DNA of 64,000 nt from Thermoprotei archaeon (lineage in GTDB: Archaea > Thermoproteota > Thermoprotei > Thermoproteales > B15-G16). The position numbers and the translations under genes were made by a program. The notes under the pieces are model-generated. The model saw only the letters and a program-made list of their open reading frames with translations. It made no database searches and was not told where the DNA came from. Positions 1 through 11,400 of the stretch are shown here, in pieces. Every line of letters begins with the position of its first letter. Positions within the stretch are counted from its first letter, which is position 1. The stretch lies in the NCBI GenBank assembly GCA_003649205.1, contig QMRC01000003.1, positions 96,001-160,000 of the forward strand, read 5' to 3'.

Positions 1-135
1 TCTCTTAAGTAGGATTCCCTGTCTTTTAGCCCAAATGAGTTGCCACTTGTAGCTCCAGAGCCACCAGAGAATCCACTTCCATCTTCTTCTCCAATGTCTC
101 TTTCCTCTTCTCGTTGGATACCCTATTCTGACCAT
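1..135 (-). CDS. Possible 5' part of a hypothetical protein running off the window edge
   Basis: ATG at 135 (minus) opens a frame with no stop to position 1 (MVRIGYPTRRGKRHWREDGSGFSGG...); divergent from the next gene. Confidence 0.3.
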   Translation of the reverse strand, partial: MVRIGYPTRRGKRHWRRRWKWILWWLWSYKWQLIWAKRQGILLKR

Positions 136-157
136 AGCTATTGGACAAGGTTATTAT

Positions 158-739
158 GTGGGTGAGTTATCTCTTACTTCGTTGAGAGCCATGGATACGA
201 TACTACATAAAGTAATTGAGGAGGGAAGGAGCTTCTTCACCATTGGGTTCGCTACTGTACTTTATCGCGGTACATACGCTAAGGTACCTATGCTGTTATA
301 CTTCGACTTAACTCATGGATTTGTTCAGTCAGTCCTGAAGTTAGTGAGGAGGTATGGTGGTTGTGATTTAGAAGTTGAGCTGGGATTGTGTAATGAGGTG
401 TTGAGAGTTATCTTGAGAGCACTCAGTATTGGTGAGGAGATTCCACTAGAACTCTCGTTTAGTGGTTTAGCTAAGTACCGTGATCTAGTTAGGAGGTTGA
501 GGAATTACAGTGAAGCTGTTCTACAGGTGTATTCATTCACTAGTGATCGTACGGGGTACTATAGACTAGTTTCATCACTTTCATGTAGTTTCATCGGTGA
601 GGGCTTGATTTACTTTGGTAGAGTTGAGAAGATCTTTGAGGGTGATCTTGAGAACATGATGATTAGAGAGGTTTGGCCTAGAGAGAGCACGTGGGTTTCA
701 GTTCATGAGCTAAGTAGAAGAGCATTGAGTATACACTAG
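158..739 (+). CDS. Hypothetical protein
   Basis: 193-aa ORF, host-like codon usage, no motif recognised. Confidence 0.6.
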   Translation: MGELSLTSLRAMDTILHKVIEEGRSFFTIGFATVLYRGTYAKVPMLLYFDLTHGFVQSVLKLVRRYGGCDLEVELGLCNEVLRVILRALSIGEEIPLELSFSGLAKYRDLVRRLRNYSEAVLQVYSFTSDRTGYYRLVSSLSCSFIGEGLIYFGRVEKIFEGDLENMMIREVWPRESTWVSVHELSRRALSIH

Positions 740-1012
740 CCGCTAATTTTTCTCTCACTCCTGATACGATGTATGATACTTAGTATGCATACTAGCAACT
801 ACCTTTCTTGAAGAATTAGGTACTGTCTCCTCAGCATACCCCTCCTATGGAGATATAAGCAGTTACTAGTAGGAATGGCACTAAGCCAACTAATACCTCT
901 CAAGACATAACTCAATAATGCTTGACCCATTAACTGGATGGGTAGTGGATTTCACTTTACGCGATGAAATTAACTAGGTTACTCGAGGGAGGTCAGTAAG
1001 TTAGTTATGCTG

Positions 1013-2377
1013 CTACAGTAGCGTCACTACCATGAGCATTGTGTACAGACATGTCTGAACTACATTCCTTATCGAAACCTTTCTGTACCTTGCACAGGAA
1101 TTGAGTTCATGAAGATGCTTCTCCACCTTCTTAACCACATTACCTTTAATTGTACTCGGTACTGTTCTCCCTCTAGTAGTCTCGTACCTAATACATTGAT
1201 GTAGTAGACCATACTTAAGTGCGGTAGTGTAGAGGTAGTGAACTACGTAGCTACTGACTATATCAGCAACAGTAGCTGATTCCGTAGAGGTACCATGTGA
1301 CTTAATCCACTTATCCTGAATCTCTGTATTCACTAAATCGAGAGGTGTCATGTGGTCAAGAGCTTCGTAGTAAGGATTATCACTCGATACGTACTTTCTC
1401 AAGATCTCAAGATTCTTCCTTAAATTCCTCAATTCGAATCTTAACTTCCTGAGCGAGAGCAAGAATACCTCCCTCCTCGGAATACCAGTGGGTGCTGTAT
1501 CTGAAATCCTCTCATCAACAACGTACGGAACCTCAGCAACGACCTCAAGCACATCACCACTAAACCCCTCAATGAAGTCACCACTAGATCCACCGAACTT
1601 AAGGACATCTACAGGTACCCTACCGAGAACGCTCTCAACAACATCACAGTAATCCCTTGCACGAGGTACCCTATACACCGCAGTATCAAGCTTGATCACG
1701 TATGGTGGTCTAAATTCACTGGCGTAGAGAGGAAGCTTGAATCTCTCAGATATGGCACGTAGATACCTATACAGCTCAGGTGAGTGCCTAGATAGGTAGT
1801 ACGCAAGACCTCTAAAGAAACAGGAACGAAATTGAAAAATGAACTGTGGCTTATAGTCATTAACCAACTTCATAATTGCTTCAGTCTCTGGTAATGGCTT
1901 ACTCCATCTCAATTCCTTATACTCAATAGGGAATGTAGATTCAACACATAGCGACGGGGGAGGAACATAGTGATTAAGAATGAGCTTCTCTACGGAAGAC
2001 ACATCCCTAAACCACTCCTCATTAAACCTAGCACCTAAGGCATCAACGACCTTAACGATGATCCACGTAGTATCACTAACCATCCAAACCTCAGGTCTCT
2101 TAACCATGTACCAACTCAAGTAATCTAGAGCAAGAGCACTAGCAGGGTCATCAGGATACACCAAACCAAGAGCAAGAACAACCCTACTACCTCTACCAAT
2201 CCTAGTAGCTAAAATAGGGTCGCCAGATCTAGAGCAACTCACCTCAAAAACCTCAACCCTATCACTAAATCTCCTACCCAATTCCCTAGTACTGGAGGTA
2301 AGCTCGTCAACAAGTGGAAATCTACTGTATTCAGGAACAGCTTCTACACACTCAACAACTTCACGAACAACCATCAA
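1013..2377 (-). CDS. M14 zinc-carboxypeptidase-like protein with degenerate metal ligands
   Basis: SRSGDPILATRIGRG, PETEAIMKLVNDYKPQF and VAEVPY match the M14 pattern; HxxE position reads YPDD. Confidence 0.7.
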   Translation of the reverse strand: MMVVREVVECVEAVPEYSRFPLVDELTSSTRELGRRFSDRVEVFEVSCSRSGDPILATRIGRGSRVVLALGLVYPDDPASALALDYLSWYMVKRPEVWMVSDTTWIIVKVVDALGARFNEEWFRDVSSVEKLILNHYVPPPSLCVESTFPIEYKELRWSKPLPETEAIMKLVNDYKPQFIFQFRSCFFRGLAYYLSRHSPELYRYLRAISERFKLPLYASEFRPPYVIKLDTAVYRVPRARDYCDVVESVLGRVPVDVLKFGGSSGDFIEGFSGDVLEVVAEVPYVVDERISDTAPTGIPRREVFLLSLRKLRFELRNLRKNLEILRKYVSSDNPYYEALDHMTPLDLVNTEIQDKWIKSHGTSTESATVADIVSSYVVHYLYTTALKYGLLHQCIRYETTRGRTVPSTIKGNVVKKVEKHLHELNSCARYRKVSIRNVVQTCLYTMLMVVTLL

Positions 2378-2450
2378 GCTATGAGTACATTTGAGTACTA
2401 AATAAGGTAACTAGTAATTTAGTGAGAACTGGGCTCTTAGATGCTGTTCC

Positions 2451-3362
2451 TCAGTGAACTGAAGCTAGCTTCTTCAACACATGAATGAATGTAGTGAACA
2501 ACACCCCTACCACAAACATAGTTAGTGAAGTAGTGAGAGTATACATGAGTAAGCTCCATGGATCTAGCATCAATGCACGTACTACCTGTGGCACCGCATG
2601 AAATATTAGATTGGATGTGAGTAGTGTAAGTAGCATTAGCACTAGGTACCACTTTACTCCTCGCATCTGTGCTATAGGTCTGAGGAGGTAAGTAATGACA
2701 AGTGGAGGTAGCAGTACTGAGGTAAGTGGTACGTCATAGCGCACGGCATGATACACCACATACTCACGTTCAATTCTCCTACCCCCAATCCAGGTAACTG
2801 CATGACATAACACAGGTGCTTTATACTTAAATGAAAACTTCACAGGACTAGCTATTGGCAAGGTCATGAGGATAGTGAGGAGAACTACAGCGACTATCAC
2901 CAGAAAGTACTTCCACAATCCATGACCTAAAATCCTCTTAAGGCTACCATACTGCATTGTAGGTGATGTAGTAACCTCATAGATCGCTATACCCAGTGAA
3001 AATACCACAGTAGAGAGCAGTGTCAGAGTCAAAGCTATACTCTCGTAACCATACCTAGTACTCAACCCATATGCTGACAATAGTAGAGATAGACCAATTA
3101 CAAATATCAGTACGTACCTCATTGATACACCACCTTCATACCTAGGTACGAGGTACCTACTCAATATAGTGGTAATACTGTGGTAAGTCCTTAGATCCTG
3201 AAGAACTCTAGATAGATCAACCTTCTCAAGTGGACCTACGTAACACCATTCCCTACCATGCTTGACATATACGTAGATCTTACCCGATAACTCCTTAAGA
3301 ACAACACTACCAACTCTACCACACCTAGGACATACACCACGACCAATAACACGAGACGACAT
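2451..3362 (-). CDS. Multi-pass membrane protein with N-terminal CxxC..H..C / YVY...YVGPL domain
   Basis: Likely start ATG 3362 (MSSRVIGRGVCPRCGR...KIYVYVKHGREWCYVGPL), followed by about 6 hydrophobic segments. Confidence 0.7.
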   Translation of the reverse strand: MSSRVIGRGVCPRCGRVGSVVLKELSGKIYVYVKHGREWCYVGPLEKVDLSRVLQDLRTYHSITTILSRYLVPRYEGGVSMRYVLIFVIGLSLLLSAYGLSTRYGYESIALTLTLLSTVVFSLGIAIYEVTTSPTMQYGSLKRILGHGLWKYFLVIVAVVLLTILMTLPIASPVKFSFKYKAPVLCHAVTWIGGRRIEREYVVYHAVRYDVPLTSVLLPPLVITYLLRPIAQMRGVKWYLVLMLLTLLTSNLIFHAVPQVVRALMLDPWSLLMYTLTTSLTMFVVGVLFTTFIHVLKKLASVH

Positions 3363-3591
3363 AAGTAGCTCTGTAGAGAATGCTGAGAGCACTCCTATTA
3401 ATGGTAACACATGTGGTAAGGGTATTAGTAACTTCAGGTCCATTATTCACCCTACTACATGGGTAGTACCTCGTTTGAAGAGGTAATAGACTACCTGGTA
3501 AGCAAGTAGTTCTAGTACTGCTACTCATTGAACTCCTCCTACTACCACTTATGCACTAAGAGAATACTCATCATCTGCAGGGACCTACTCA

Positions 3592-4140
3592 GTGATACTT
3601 GAAGGACTTAGGAACGCAATGATAAATACAATGGTTGAGCTACTTTGGCTGGCATTAATTATCCACGTAGTGTCTCTCCTAGCTATCCTCCTCGTAATGT
3701 TGAGACATAAGTTAGCTACTATGTTCATCGTTCTCTGTGCCGTGCCATATCTCGTGATAGCTATTGGTCAGAGCATAGGTATTAGTGAGAGGTACGGGAT
3801 GATGATCATATGGGTAATCAGGTCTAGCTCTCTTAGTCGCTACGTCGTGGATTTGAGAGTGCATTGCTAAGAGATGACTTTACAGGGATTCTCAATCGAG
3901 GTTTACTGTGGTTAATGCCATTTACTACGCTAGCATTTTGACCACCTTCAGGACCTAGACCTGACCTCACTTACCTACTTAGACACTTGATAGCTGGTTA
4001 CTTCGGTGCAGCTTACTGCTTGTCAACACCTGTCGTATTGACCATAATGCTTCTTCACTATCCGAGGATTAATGTTCTGAGGTTAACCACCTTTCTAGGA
4101 CTTTAATTTGCTGTAATGAGTGTTCTTTCACAATTTGAGT
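3592..4140 (+). pseudogene. Disrupted membrane protein gene
   Basis: Hydrophobic 92-aa ORF continues in another frame (LLWLMPFTTLAF*PP...AYCLSTPVVLTIMLLHYPRINVLRLTTFLGL*) with stops at 3939 and 4104. Confidence 0.55.
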
Positions 4141-4227
4141 ACCCAGAGTGTTGATGTGCAGAGCCTTTTAGGGAGGAGCAGTATTACACATACCACTACT
4201 CGTAATATTTCTTTACATTTGTACTAC

Positions 4228-5094
4228 TCATTTTGAGGAGGAGGTCAATACCTTAGTACGAGGTATTGTAGCTACGATTATAGCCACGGTTAGCGAGGCT
4301 AGTAGTGACAACATACCGACAGGCATTGAGTACAGCTCATCCTCTATGTCCACTGTAAGCTTCATTAATCCAGCTAGTGCATTTATAGCTCCATGCATAG
4401 TAGCGGCTGGAAGAACGCTACCACTAACCTCTCTTAGGTACAGCATTATGTAGCTCCATACGGAGCAGATGAGTATGAACATACCTAATCCCACGATATC
4501 TCTGTGATGTGGGTAGTTGTAACCTAGGAACAGTATGAGGGGGGCGTGCCATAGTGCCCATATAGTTCCAATGATGATCGATGAGAGAGTAGTTCCGAAT
4601 TTAGGTCTGAGTAGTATGTAGAGATACCCTCTCCATCCAATTTCTTCACCAAGTGCAAAAGCTGTATTGATCGTTATGGCGGCTACATATGTTCCAACTA
4701 GTGTAGTTATGAGTACGGTGATAGGACCGAACATCTTAGCTAGAGGTAGCTCAGCTATTGGATTCACTACTCTAAATCCAAGTAGGTACGCATAGAGTGT
4801 ACCTAGTGCATATACGGCGTAAGGCACTCCAGCACCTATGAAGAAGTACTTCAGATTCTTCGTGCTTAACCGAATACCTAACTCCTTTAATTCTCTAAGG
4901 ATTGGTTTCCTAGTGAGTACGATCACTGTTATAACTGCTAGGAATGGTGCGTACATTCTAGCTGCGAGGATGAGGGGTACGTACTTCATCTCCACTATCT
5001 TGAGAATTACAGGGATGTCCATGAGGTATGCTATGGTATATGCCACGGCTATGTAGACTAGTAGGCCTTGGAGGTTTTTGATTAGGGTGCTCAC
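4228..5094 (-). CDS. CPBP (Abi/CAAX) intramembrane metalloprotease
   Basis: EEIGWRG, WALWHAP and HGAIN motifs in a polytopic membrane protein. Confidence 0.9.
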   Translation of the reverse strand: MSTLIKNLQGLLVYIAVAYTIAYLMDIPVILKIVEMKYVPLILAARMYAPFLAVITVIVLTRKPILRELKELGIRLSTKNLKYFFIGAGVPYAVYALGTLYAYLLGFRVVNPIAELPLAKMFGPITVLITTLVGTYVAAITINTAFALGEEIGWRGYLYILLRPKFGTTLSSIIIGTIWALWHAPLILFLGYNYPHHRDIVGLGMFILICSVWSYIMLYLREVSGSVLPAATMHGAINALAGLMKLTVDIEDELYSMPVGMLSLLASLTVAIIVATIPRTKVLTSSSK

Positions 5095-5179
5095 GTGGTA
5101 TCTTCCTTGGGGTAGGTATTTGTGGATTTCTCTCCAGTTATCCTCAGTAGTTATTCTTTTTAAGGAGGATTTTACTTAG

Positions 5180-6121
5180 TTGAGTTTCCTTCTATGTGAG
5201 GTGGTGTGGTTGGGAAATTTTATTGATGTGAGGAATGTGTGTAAGTCCTTCGGTTCGGTGCAAGCTCTTCGTGGTGTAACCTTTTCTGTGCCTAGGGGTG
5301 TGATCGTCGGTATTATTGGTCCTAATGGTGTTGGTAAGACTACTTTGCTGAGGATTCTCGTTGGTCAATTGAGGCCTGATTTTGGTACTGTTCGTGTTCT
5401 CGACTATGATCCTTGGGAGGAAGGATATGTGCTGAGGAGGTATCTTGGTTATCTACCTGAGGTTCCTGTTTTTCCACTTAAGGCTACTTGTTGGGAGGTA
5501 CTTAGGTTCTATGCTAGGTTGAGGGGTGTTAGGGAGGGTGAAGTTAGGAATGTTGTTCAGTTACTTGAGTTGGAGAAGTACTTAGGTGCTAGGATATCTA
5601 CTCTCTCACGTGGTGTTATTCAGAGGATTTCTCTTGCCTGTACTCTCATGGGTTCGCCACAGGTACTAATTCTCGATGAGCCTCTTACTCACGTTGATCC
5701 AGGTATGAGGATCAAGATCTTGAGGTACCTTAGGGAACTTCACGAGGATTTCGGTGTGGATGTCCTGATTGCTAGTCACATACTACCTGAACTTGAGTAC
5801 ATCTGTAACTACGTTGTTGTTCTATGTAGAGGTCTTGCTATGTGTAGCGGTAGTGTAGTGGATGTGTGTAGAAGATTGGGGTTGAGTGTTAGGGTGTGTG
5901 TAGCTGTTACACGTGATCTAGATGTGAGGAAGTTGTGTGATGAGGTAGGTAGGTTACAGGGAGTATCTGGTACGGTTGTGGATAGAGAGGGTATCACGTT
6001 CATTGTTGATCCTAGGTACTTGGATCAGGTCGTGAGTAAGCTACGTGAATTCGGTATTAGGAAGATAACGTACCTGTTCCACAACCTTAGTGAGCTATAT
6101 GTTAGAGCAGTTGGTGGTTAG
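5180..6121 (+). CDS. ABC transporter ATP-binding protein (exporter type)
   Basis: GPNGVGKT, LSRG signature, ILDEP, SH switch; true start probably about 25-30 nt downstream. Confidence 0.9.
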   Translation: MSFLLCEVVWLGNFIDVRNVCKSFGSVQALRGVTFSVPRGVIVGIIGPNGVGKTTLLRILVGQLRPDFGTVRVLDYDPWEEGYVLRRYLGYLPEVPVFPLKATCWEVLRFYARLRGVREGEVRNVVQLLELEKYLGARISTLSRGVIQRISLACTLMGSPQVLILDEPLTHVDPGMRIKILRYLRELHEDFGVDVLIASHILPELEYICNYVVVLCRGLAMCSGSVVDVCRRLGLSVRVCVAVTRDLDVRKLCDEVGRLQGVSGTVVDREGITFIVDPRYLDQVVSKLREFGIRKITYLFHNLSELYVRAVGG

Positions 6122-6995
6122 TATGTCTATGAGGACCTCACTTAGACAGTACCTGAAGCAGATGATCTACGTAGTTGTGTTCAGGAACACTGTATGTACG
6201 GGAGATCTCATAATCCTCGGTCTTGCTCTTGCTGTATTCACGGTAGCTGTCCCCCTCTACACAGTGACATCGATATTCTCAACACAGCCTGTAGTGGATG
6301 CTCTTAAGTACATACTCGTAGACGTCATGACGCCAATGCTCGTGATGGTTTACTCATGGTACATAGCTGAGACCTACGTAACAACAACAGGTGAGGTAAA
6401 TGACTTAAGAGCACTCCTACTCTCACTACCGTACACGAGAAGGTTCATTGGAGTCACAACCTATCTAGACGTACTGATTACGTACACCATAGCGTACGTG
6501 TGCGCAGTAGTGACTCCATTCTGGTTAGTGCTCGGTAACTACATGGTGATGGTACTGAACTACATAGCTATCAAGTACACAGTGATCATAGTGGAAGCAC
6601 TGCTCTACACATCGCTATCACTAATCATCATGATGTTACTGAGTGAACAACGTGAAAGTTTAAGGAAGTACACAGCCCTTGGAGTATGCCTACTTCACTA
6701 CGTAGTTTCGAGGTACGTGTGGGCTCTCTACACTACGGCATTACCTGAAGTAGATCTCAAGCTAACTATCTCGACATCAGCACTCCCCATAGATGAGGCA
6801 CTAGCTTACTACGTACTATGTAACGTACTAGGTCTGAAGTTTAGTGGTGTTAGGTGTAGAGGACTTGCATGCATATCAATACCCATGAGTACTGCAGCTA
6901 GTAACCTCTTCATCATTGTACCCATGATCTTGCTTACTTTACTTGTGCTATCTGCTCTGTACCTAGTTGCTAGGAGATTGGAGGTGGTTAAGTGA
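6090..6995 (+). CDS. Putative ABC exporter permease
   Basis: About 6 TM segments, LLLSLPYTRR motif, adjacent to the ATPase. Confidence 0.7.
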   Translation: MSYMLEQLVVSMSMRTSLRQYLKQMIYVVVFRNTVCTGDLIILGLALAVFTVAVPLYTVTSIFSTQPVVDALKYILVDVMTPMLVMVYSWYIAETYVTTTGEVNDLRALLLSLPYTRRFIGVTTYLDVLITYTIAYVCAVVTPFWLVLGNYMVMVLNYIAIKYTVIIVEALLYTSLSLIIMMLLSEQRESLRKYTALGVCLLHYVVSRYVWALYTTALPEVDLKLTISTSALPIDEALAYYVLCNVLGLKFSGVRCRGLACISIPMSTAASNLFIIVPMILLTLLVLSALYLVARRLEVVK

Positions 6996-7681
6996 TGTTG
7001 AAGGCTTTGTCCTGTATACTCTTAGTAATAACAGCGATCATAGCTATAACCTATGTTCCGCAGTACTTCGGTTACTTCATACCTCCATACCCAATGCACA
7101 TATCGACAGGAACTAGCATAAACCTGAGTAGGTACAAACTACCTCCTATTCTAGTATGTGGTGTACAATACATTGATGTACCTAAATACCTCTCACGATT
7201 GGTAGAGGTTAGAGTTGGGATTGGTGTAGGGTGTCGATCTCCTGAGGGATTTAGGTGGTGGAGACCAAATGTTAGTGGGTTCATAGCATTGCTTCCCTCA
7301 GACGTTGCGTTGAAATTCTTCAATGTAACTCAATTGAGGGAAGGGGAAGGTGTTGTGAGTGGTGAAGAAGCTAAGATCCTTTACAGAAAGCTACTTAGTT
7401 ACCTCATTGGTCGTAGTTACTTCAATGGTAATGTAGCTACCTTAAGGGTACTGATCAGCAATAGCTCATACATTGTAGTGTATATTGAGGACTTTGAGCC
7501 AAAACCTAAGGTACCTAGGGAGGTATGTGTCTTGAGTATGAACGTTGATGTGAACGTTGGTGCTACTCCACGTGACCTGGTGATGTTTGTAAGCTCACTT
7601 GCAGTTACTTCAGTAGTGGCTATAGCTCTCTTTGTAATCGACGTACTGTGGAGGCGTAGGTGCCGGTATGTCTACTCGTAG
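6992..7681 (+). CDS. Membrane-anchored hypothetical protein
   Basis: N- and C-terminal TM helices; GTGA start/stop overlap. Confidence 0.65.
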   Translation: MMLKALSCILLVITAIIAITYVPQYFGYFIPPYPMHISTGTSINLSRYKLPPILVCGVQYIDVPKYLSRLVEVRVGIGVGCRSPEGFRWWRPNVSGFIALLPSDVALKFFNVTQLREGEGVVSGEEAKILYRKLLSYLIGRSYFNGNVATLRVLISNSSYIVVYIEDFEPKPKVPREVCVLSMNVDVNVGATPRDLVMFVSSLAVTSVVAIALFVIDVLWRRRCRYVYS

Positions 7682-8435
7682 TGATGAGTATGTGAAGTTA
7701 GATGACTTAATGGATTACGTGTTCTCTGCTCTAGGTAGTTCTCAGAGGAGGAAGATACTGGAGGTTATTGCTGATGGTGGGTGCGTGTCACCAGGTGAAT
7801 TACTTAGGAGGTGTGGTATTCGTGATAGTAGTACGCTTAACTATCACCTATCTAGGATGAGGATGCTCATTGATAGGGATCCTCATAGTGGTGGTTATAG
7901 GCTTACACCGCTAGGTAGGTTAGCACTCGAGATGTTTAGGAGCTTTAGGTCTGTTCTCGCTACTACGATACCTTACCTAAGGGGTGTGGAACCTATCATA
8001 GTGATTAAGCCTAGGTGCTTACCCTACTTAGTTATTGTGCTCACGCTACTAGCTCTAGTACTCACTACCTTACTCACTGTATTCAACATCTTCCTCCTGA
8101 TGCTATTTACTGTTGGTCTCCTCTATGCGGGGTACAGGTTGGTCACTAGCTACTGTACGAGGTACGTGGTATCTAGGTACTTTGTTCTCGTGATGAGAGA
8201 TTTCACGATGTTTCGATGTAGACGTGTTCTGTGGGGTAATATTGTTGGTTTTTCTTTGAGTAATAATCCGCTAGCATCAGCTCTGAACTTGACATTCCTG
8301 AATCTACTCATTACTTCAGGTGGTAACTTCGTTAACTTACCAGTTGGTTATGTTGAGAGGTCTAGTGATGTGATTACTGAGATCAGGATGTTAGTAGGTT
8401 TCTCTCATGTCCTCAACGTTTATCTCCCTCATTGA
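7668..8435 (+). CDS. ArsR-like winged-HTH protein with TM hairpin and bPH-like C-terminal domain
   Basis: VFSALGSSQRRKIL...STLNYHLSRM...YRLTPLG, then 2 TM helices. Confidence 0.75.
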   Translation: MSTRSDEYVKLDDLMDYVFSALGSSQRRKILEVIADGGCVSPGELLRRCGIRDSSTLNYHLSRMRMLIDRDPHSGGYRLTPLGRLALEMFRSFRSVLATTIPYLRGVEPIIVIKPRCLPYLVIVLTLLALVLTTLLTVFNIFLLMLFTVGLLYAGYRLVTSYCTRYVVSRYFVLVMRDFTMFRCRRVLWGNIVGFSLSNNPLASALNLTFLNLLITSGGNFVNLPVGYVERSSDVITEIRMLVGFSHVLNVYLPH

Positions 8436-11400
8436 GCAACTTTACTGTGGTGACTACTTAGTGCATGTAGTTCGCAGTGAGGCTTTTCTCAGGGAGTTAG
8501 GGTACAGCTTCAGTACCTACGTTACTGAAGGTGAGGAACCTGAGAGAGTAGATGTTAAGTTCTGTGACTTAGTACATGAACTCAGTAGTTGTCCAGAAAC
8601 TCGTGAGCTTGCGTATGAGAGGCTGTATAGGCATCAGTGGGAGGCCTTGAACTACTTGGAGCAGGGCTACAACGTCATATTGAAATCAGGTACTGGATCT
8701 GGGAAGACTGAGGCTTGGGTCATGTACTTCCTACGTAGAGCTAAGGAGGGTGGTCTCAGAGCAATTGCTCTATACCCTACTCTAGCTCTAGCAAATGATC
8801 AGATTAGGAGAATTGAGCGTTATGCTAGAGCTGTTGGTATTAAGGTTCTCCAACTAGATGCTCCTAGAAGAGATGAATTGATCAAGAAGTTAGGTTCTCA
8901 TGGTTTGAGACGTGAAGTGAGTACAGCTAATTTGGTGATCACTAATCCTGCGTATCTTCTTCATGAGGTTAAGAAACTTGTACTCAATCCCTCAAGACCA
9001 TACCTCTACCATTTCTTCAGGAAACTAGATCTAGTAGTTATCGATGAGCTGGACTTCTACGGTCCTAGGAGCTTAGCTCTACTACTTGCTATGCTTCGTG
9101 TAATTTCAATGTTTAGTGAGGTGAAGCCACAGGTCGTTATCTTGACGGCTACTCTAGCTAATCCAGATGACATAGGACAGTACCTACGTGAAGTAACTGG
9201 AAGAGATTACAGAGTTGTTGAGGGTAAGCCGTTTCATGTCAAGAACTTCACCTACGTAGTTCTCGGTAAGAACTTAGAGGGTATTTGGAGGAAGTTAAGT
9301 GATCTGTACAGTAAGTTAGCTACGAGAGGTGACATTGATGGAGAGGTACTTGAAGCACTTAAGGACTTTGAGAAGTTCCGTAGGAATCCACATAGGGTAC
9401 TTGCTTACTTAAGTGCTCTCGGGTTTGAAGTACCTACCTTAGGTATTGACCTATGTGAGATATTGCAAAGATATGTGGAGGATGATGGTGTTACCTTAGT
9501 CTTCACTAGGAGTATTGCTAGAGCTGAGGATATTGCTAGGAAGTTAAAGAGTTCACTTGGTGATAAGGGTGAGCTGGTAGCTACTCACCATCACTTAGTT
9601 CCTAAGAAGGTTCGTGAGGAGATTGAGGAGAGAGCTAGGAAGGGCTTAGTTAAGGTAATCGTTAGTCCTCGTACACTTACTCAAGGTATTGACATAGGTA
9701 CCGTAGTTAGGGTTGTTCACGTTGGTCTTCCTGAAGATGTTAGGGAGTTCTATCAGAGGGAGGGGAGGAAGGGTCGTAGGAGAGACATTCCGTTTACTGA
9801 GACATTGATCATACCCTCATCTAGGTGGGATTGGGAGTTACTGACTAAGGGTAGTGAAGTACTTGAGAAGTGGCTTAAGCTACCACTGGAGAAGACCTTG
9901 GTGAATCCCAGTAACGACTATGTGAAGCTATTTCTAGCATTGGCTAAGTTGTTATCACCCTGGATGAGGGTTCCTCTAAGTGATGATGAGGTGAAGTTAC
10001 TCAAGGACTTAGGTGTGTTACGTGGTGAGAAGGAGATTAATGAGAGGTTGATTAAGTACATTTGGGAGAGGATTAACTTCTACGAATTTGGACCACCTTA
10101 CGGTGTTAAGAGGTATCTCAGTGATGGAACTGAGGTAAAGGTTCTAGAACCAATCGGTAGGTGTGATCTTGTTGAGAGATTTCAGGTAGGGTGTATTGAC
10201 GTTGCTAATCTAGCTATGGTGACTGATCTGAAGCTGAGTAAGAGAGGTAGGTCTGTAACTGCTGTTCTCGAGCAACCTTTGAACTGCATTAACTTCTATG
10301 AGAGTGATGTGCTAGCTGATGCCTATGAAGAGTACATTCTTGTGAAGAGGGAGTGGGGTGAGGAGCCTAATTTCCTACGTGATGTGGTTAAGGGAAAGAT
10401 AACTTCACAGGTACATTGTGTTGTGTATCCACCTAGAATGGGATTTGGATTACTGAGGAAGTTACCTAACCGTGTAGTATGGATCATCACCTCTGAGAAG
10501 CCGAAGATAATTCAGGTTCAGAATAGGCATGTAGTTACGTACTCAAGACGAGCAATCTACGTACCTTCACTCTGTGTAGGTGAGTACCGTGACTACACAT
10601 ACGGTATTCTCGTGGAGGTTGATGAGAGGGAAGATCCTGTACTACTTAGGCTAGGGCTAGCATACATAACGATTATTTTGAGGAGAGTACTCGGTATACC
10701 TCTTGAAACCATACTGTATGGAGTGGAGAAGGTTGGTGAGAAGAAGTTCATCGAGCTACATGAACCTGAAGCCTCTGGAGTACTTCAGCTACTTGACTGG
10801 TCAAGTATACGTAAACTAGTTGATAGCTATGTACCTGATGACCTGGATCTAGTACTACTTAGTCAAGTTGATGAGGTAGCTTACTCTGATTTCATATCTC
10901 TGAACTGTAGCTGGGAGGTAGTTAGGGAAGCTGCGAAGAGAGTAATAGACTATCTTGAGCTAAGGCATAGACTCAGAGCAGTACTTAGAGGAAGAGAAAT
11001 CACAATTCCAAGACCTAGCAGAGGGTTGAAGTTAGTTACCTTTGACCTACTTATTCATGAGCTACCTGAGGAGAGGGTTAGGTTCCCTAGGTACCTGGTT
11101 GCCATAGCTTACTTTGATGGTGATGAAGTGAGGACTGTAGTAGAGACGTGTTACGGCACGACCTTTGTGAAGCCACCTGAAGTGTTGAGACTACTTGAGG
11201 TAGAGCTAGAGGAGTACGTGTACTACGATGGTTATCGACTACTTGTACCAGGTAGAGATGTCGTAGCTAGAGAACTTGAGGTAGTCCAATTGAAGAGATT
11301 GGTGAAGCTAGTTAAGGAGCATGGAGTTGATGTGTATGAGCATCTGAGGAACGCAGGTATTGAACCTACTTCAGTACCTACGATAATTGAGGAGCTTAAG

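Noticed and set aside
3939-3941. In-frame TGA as selenocysteine or recoding
   Set aside because: The same gene also has a frameshift and a TAA; decay is the simpler explanation
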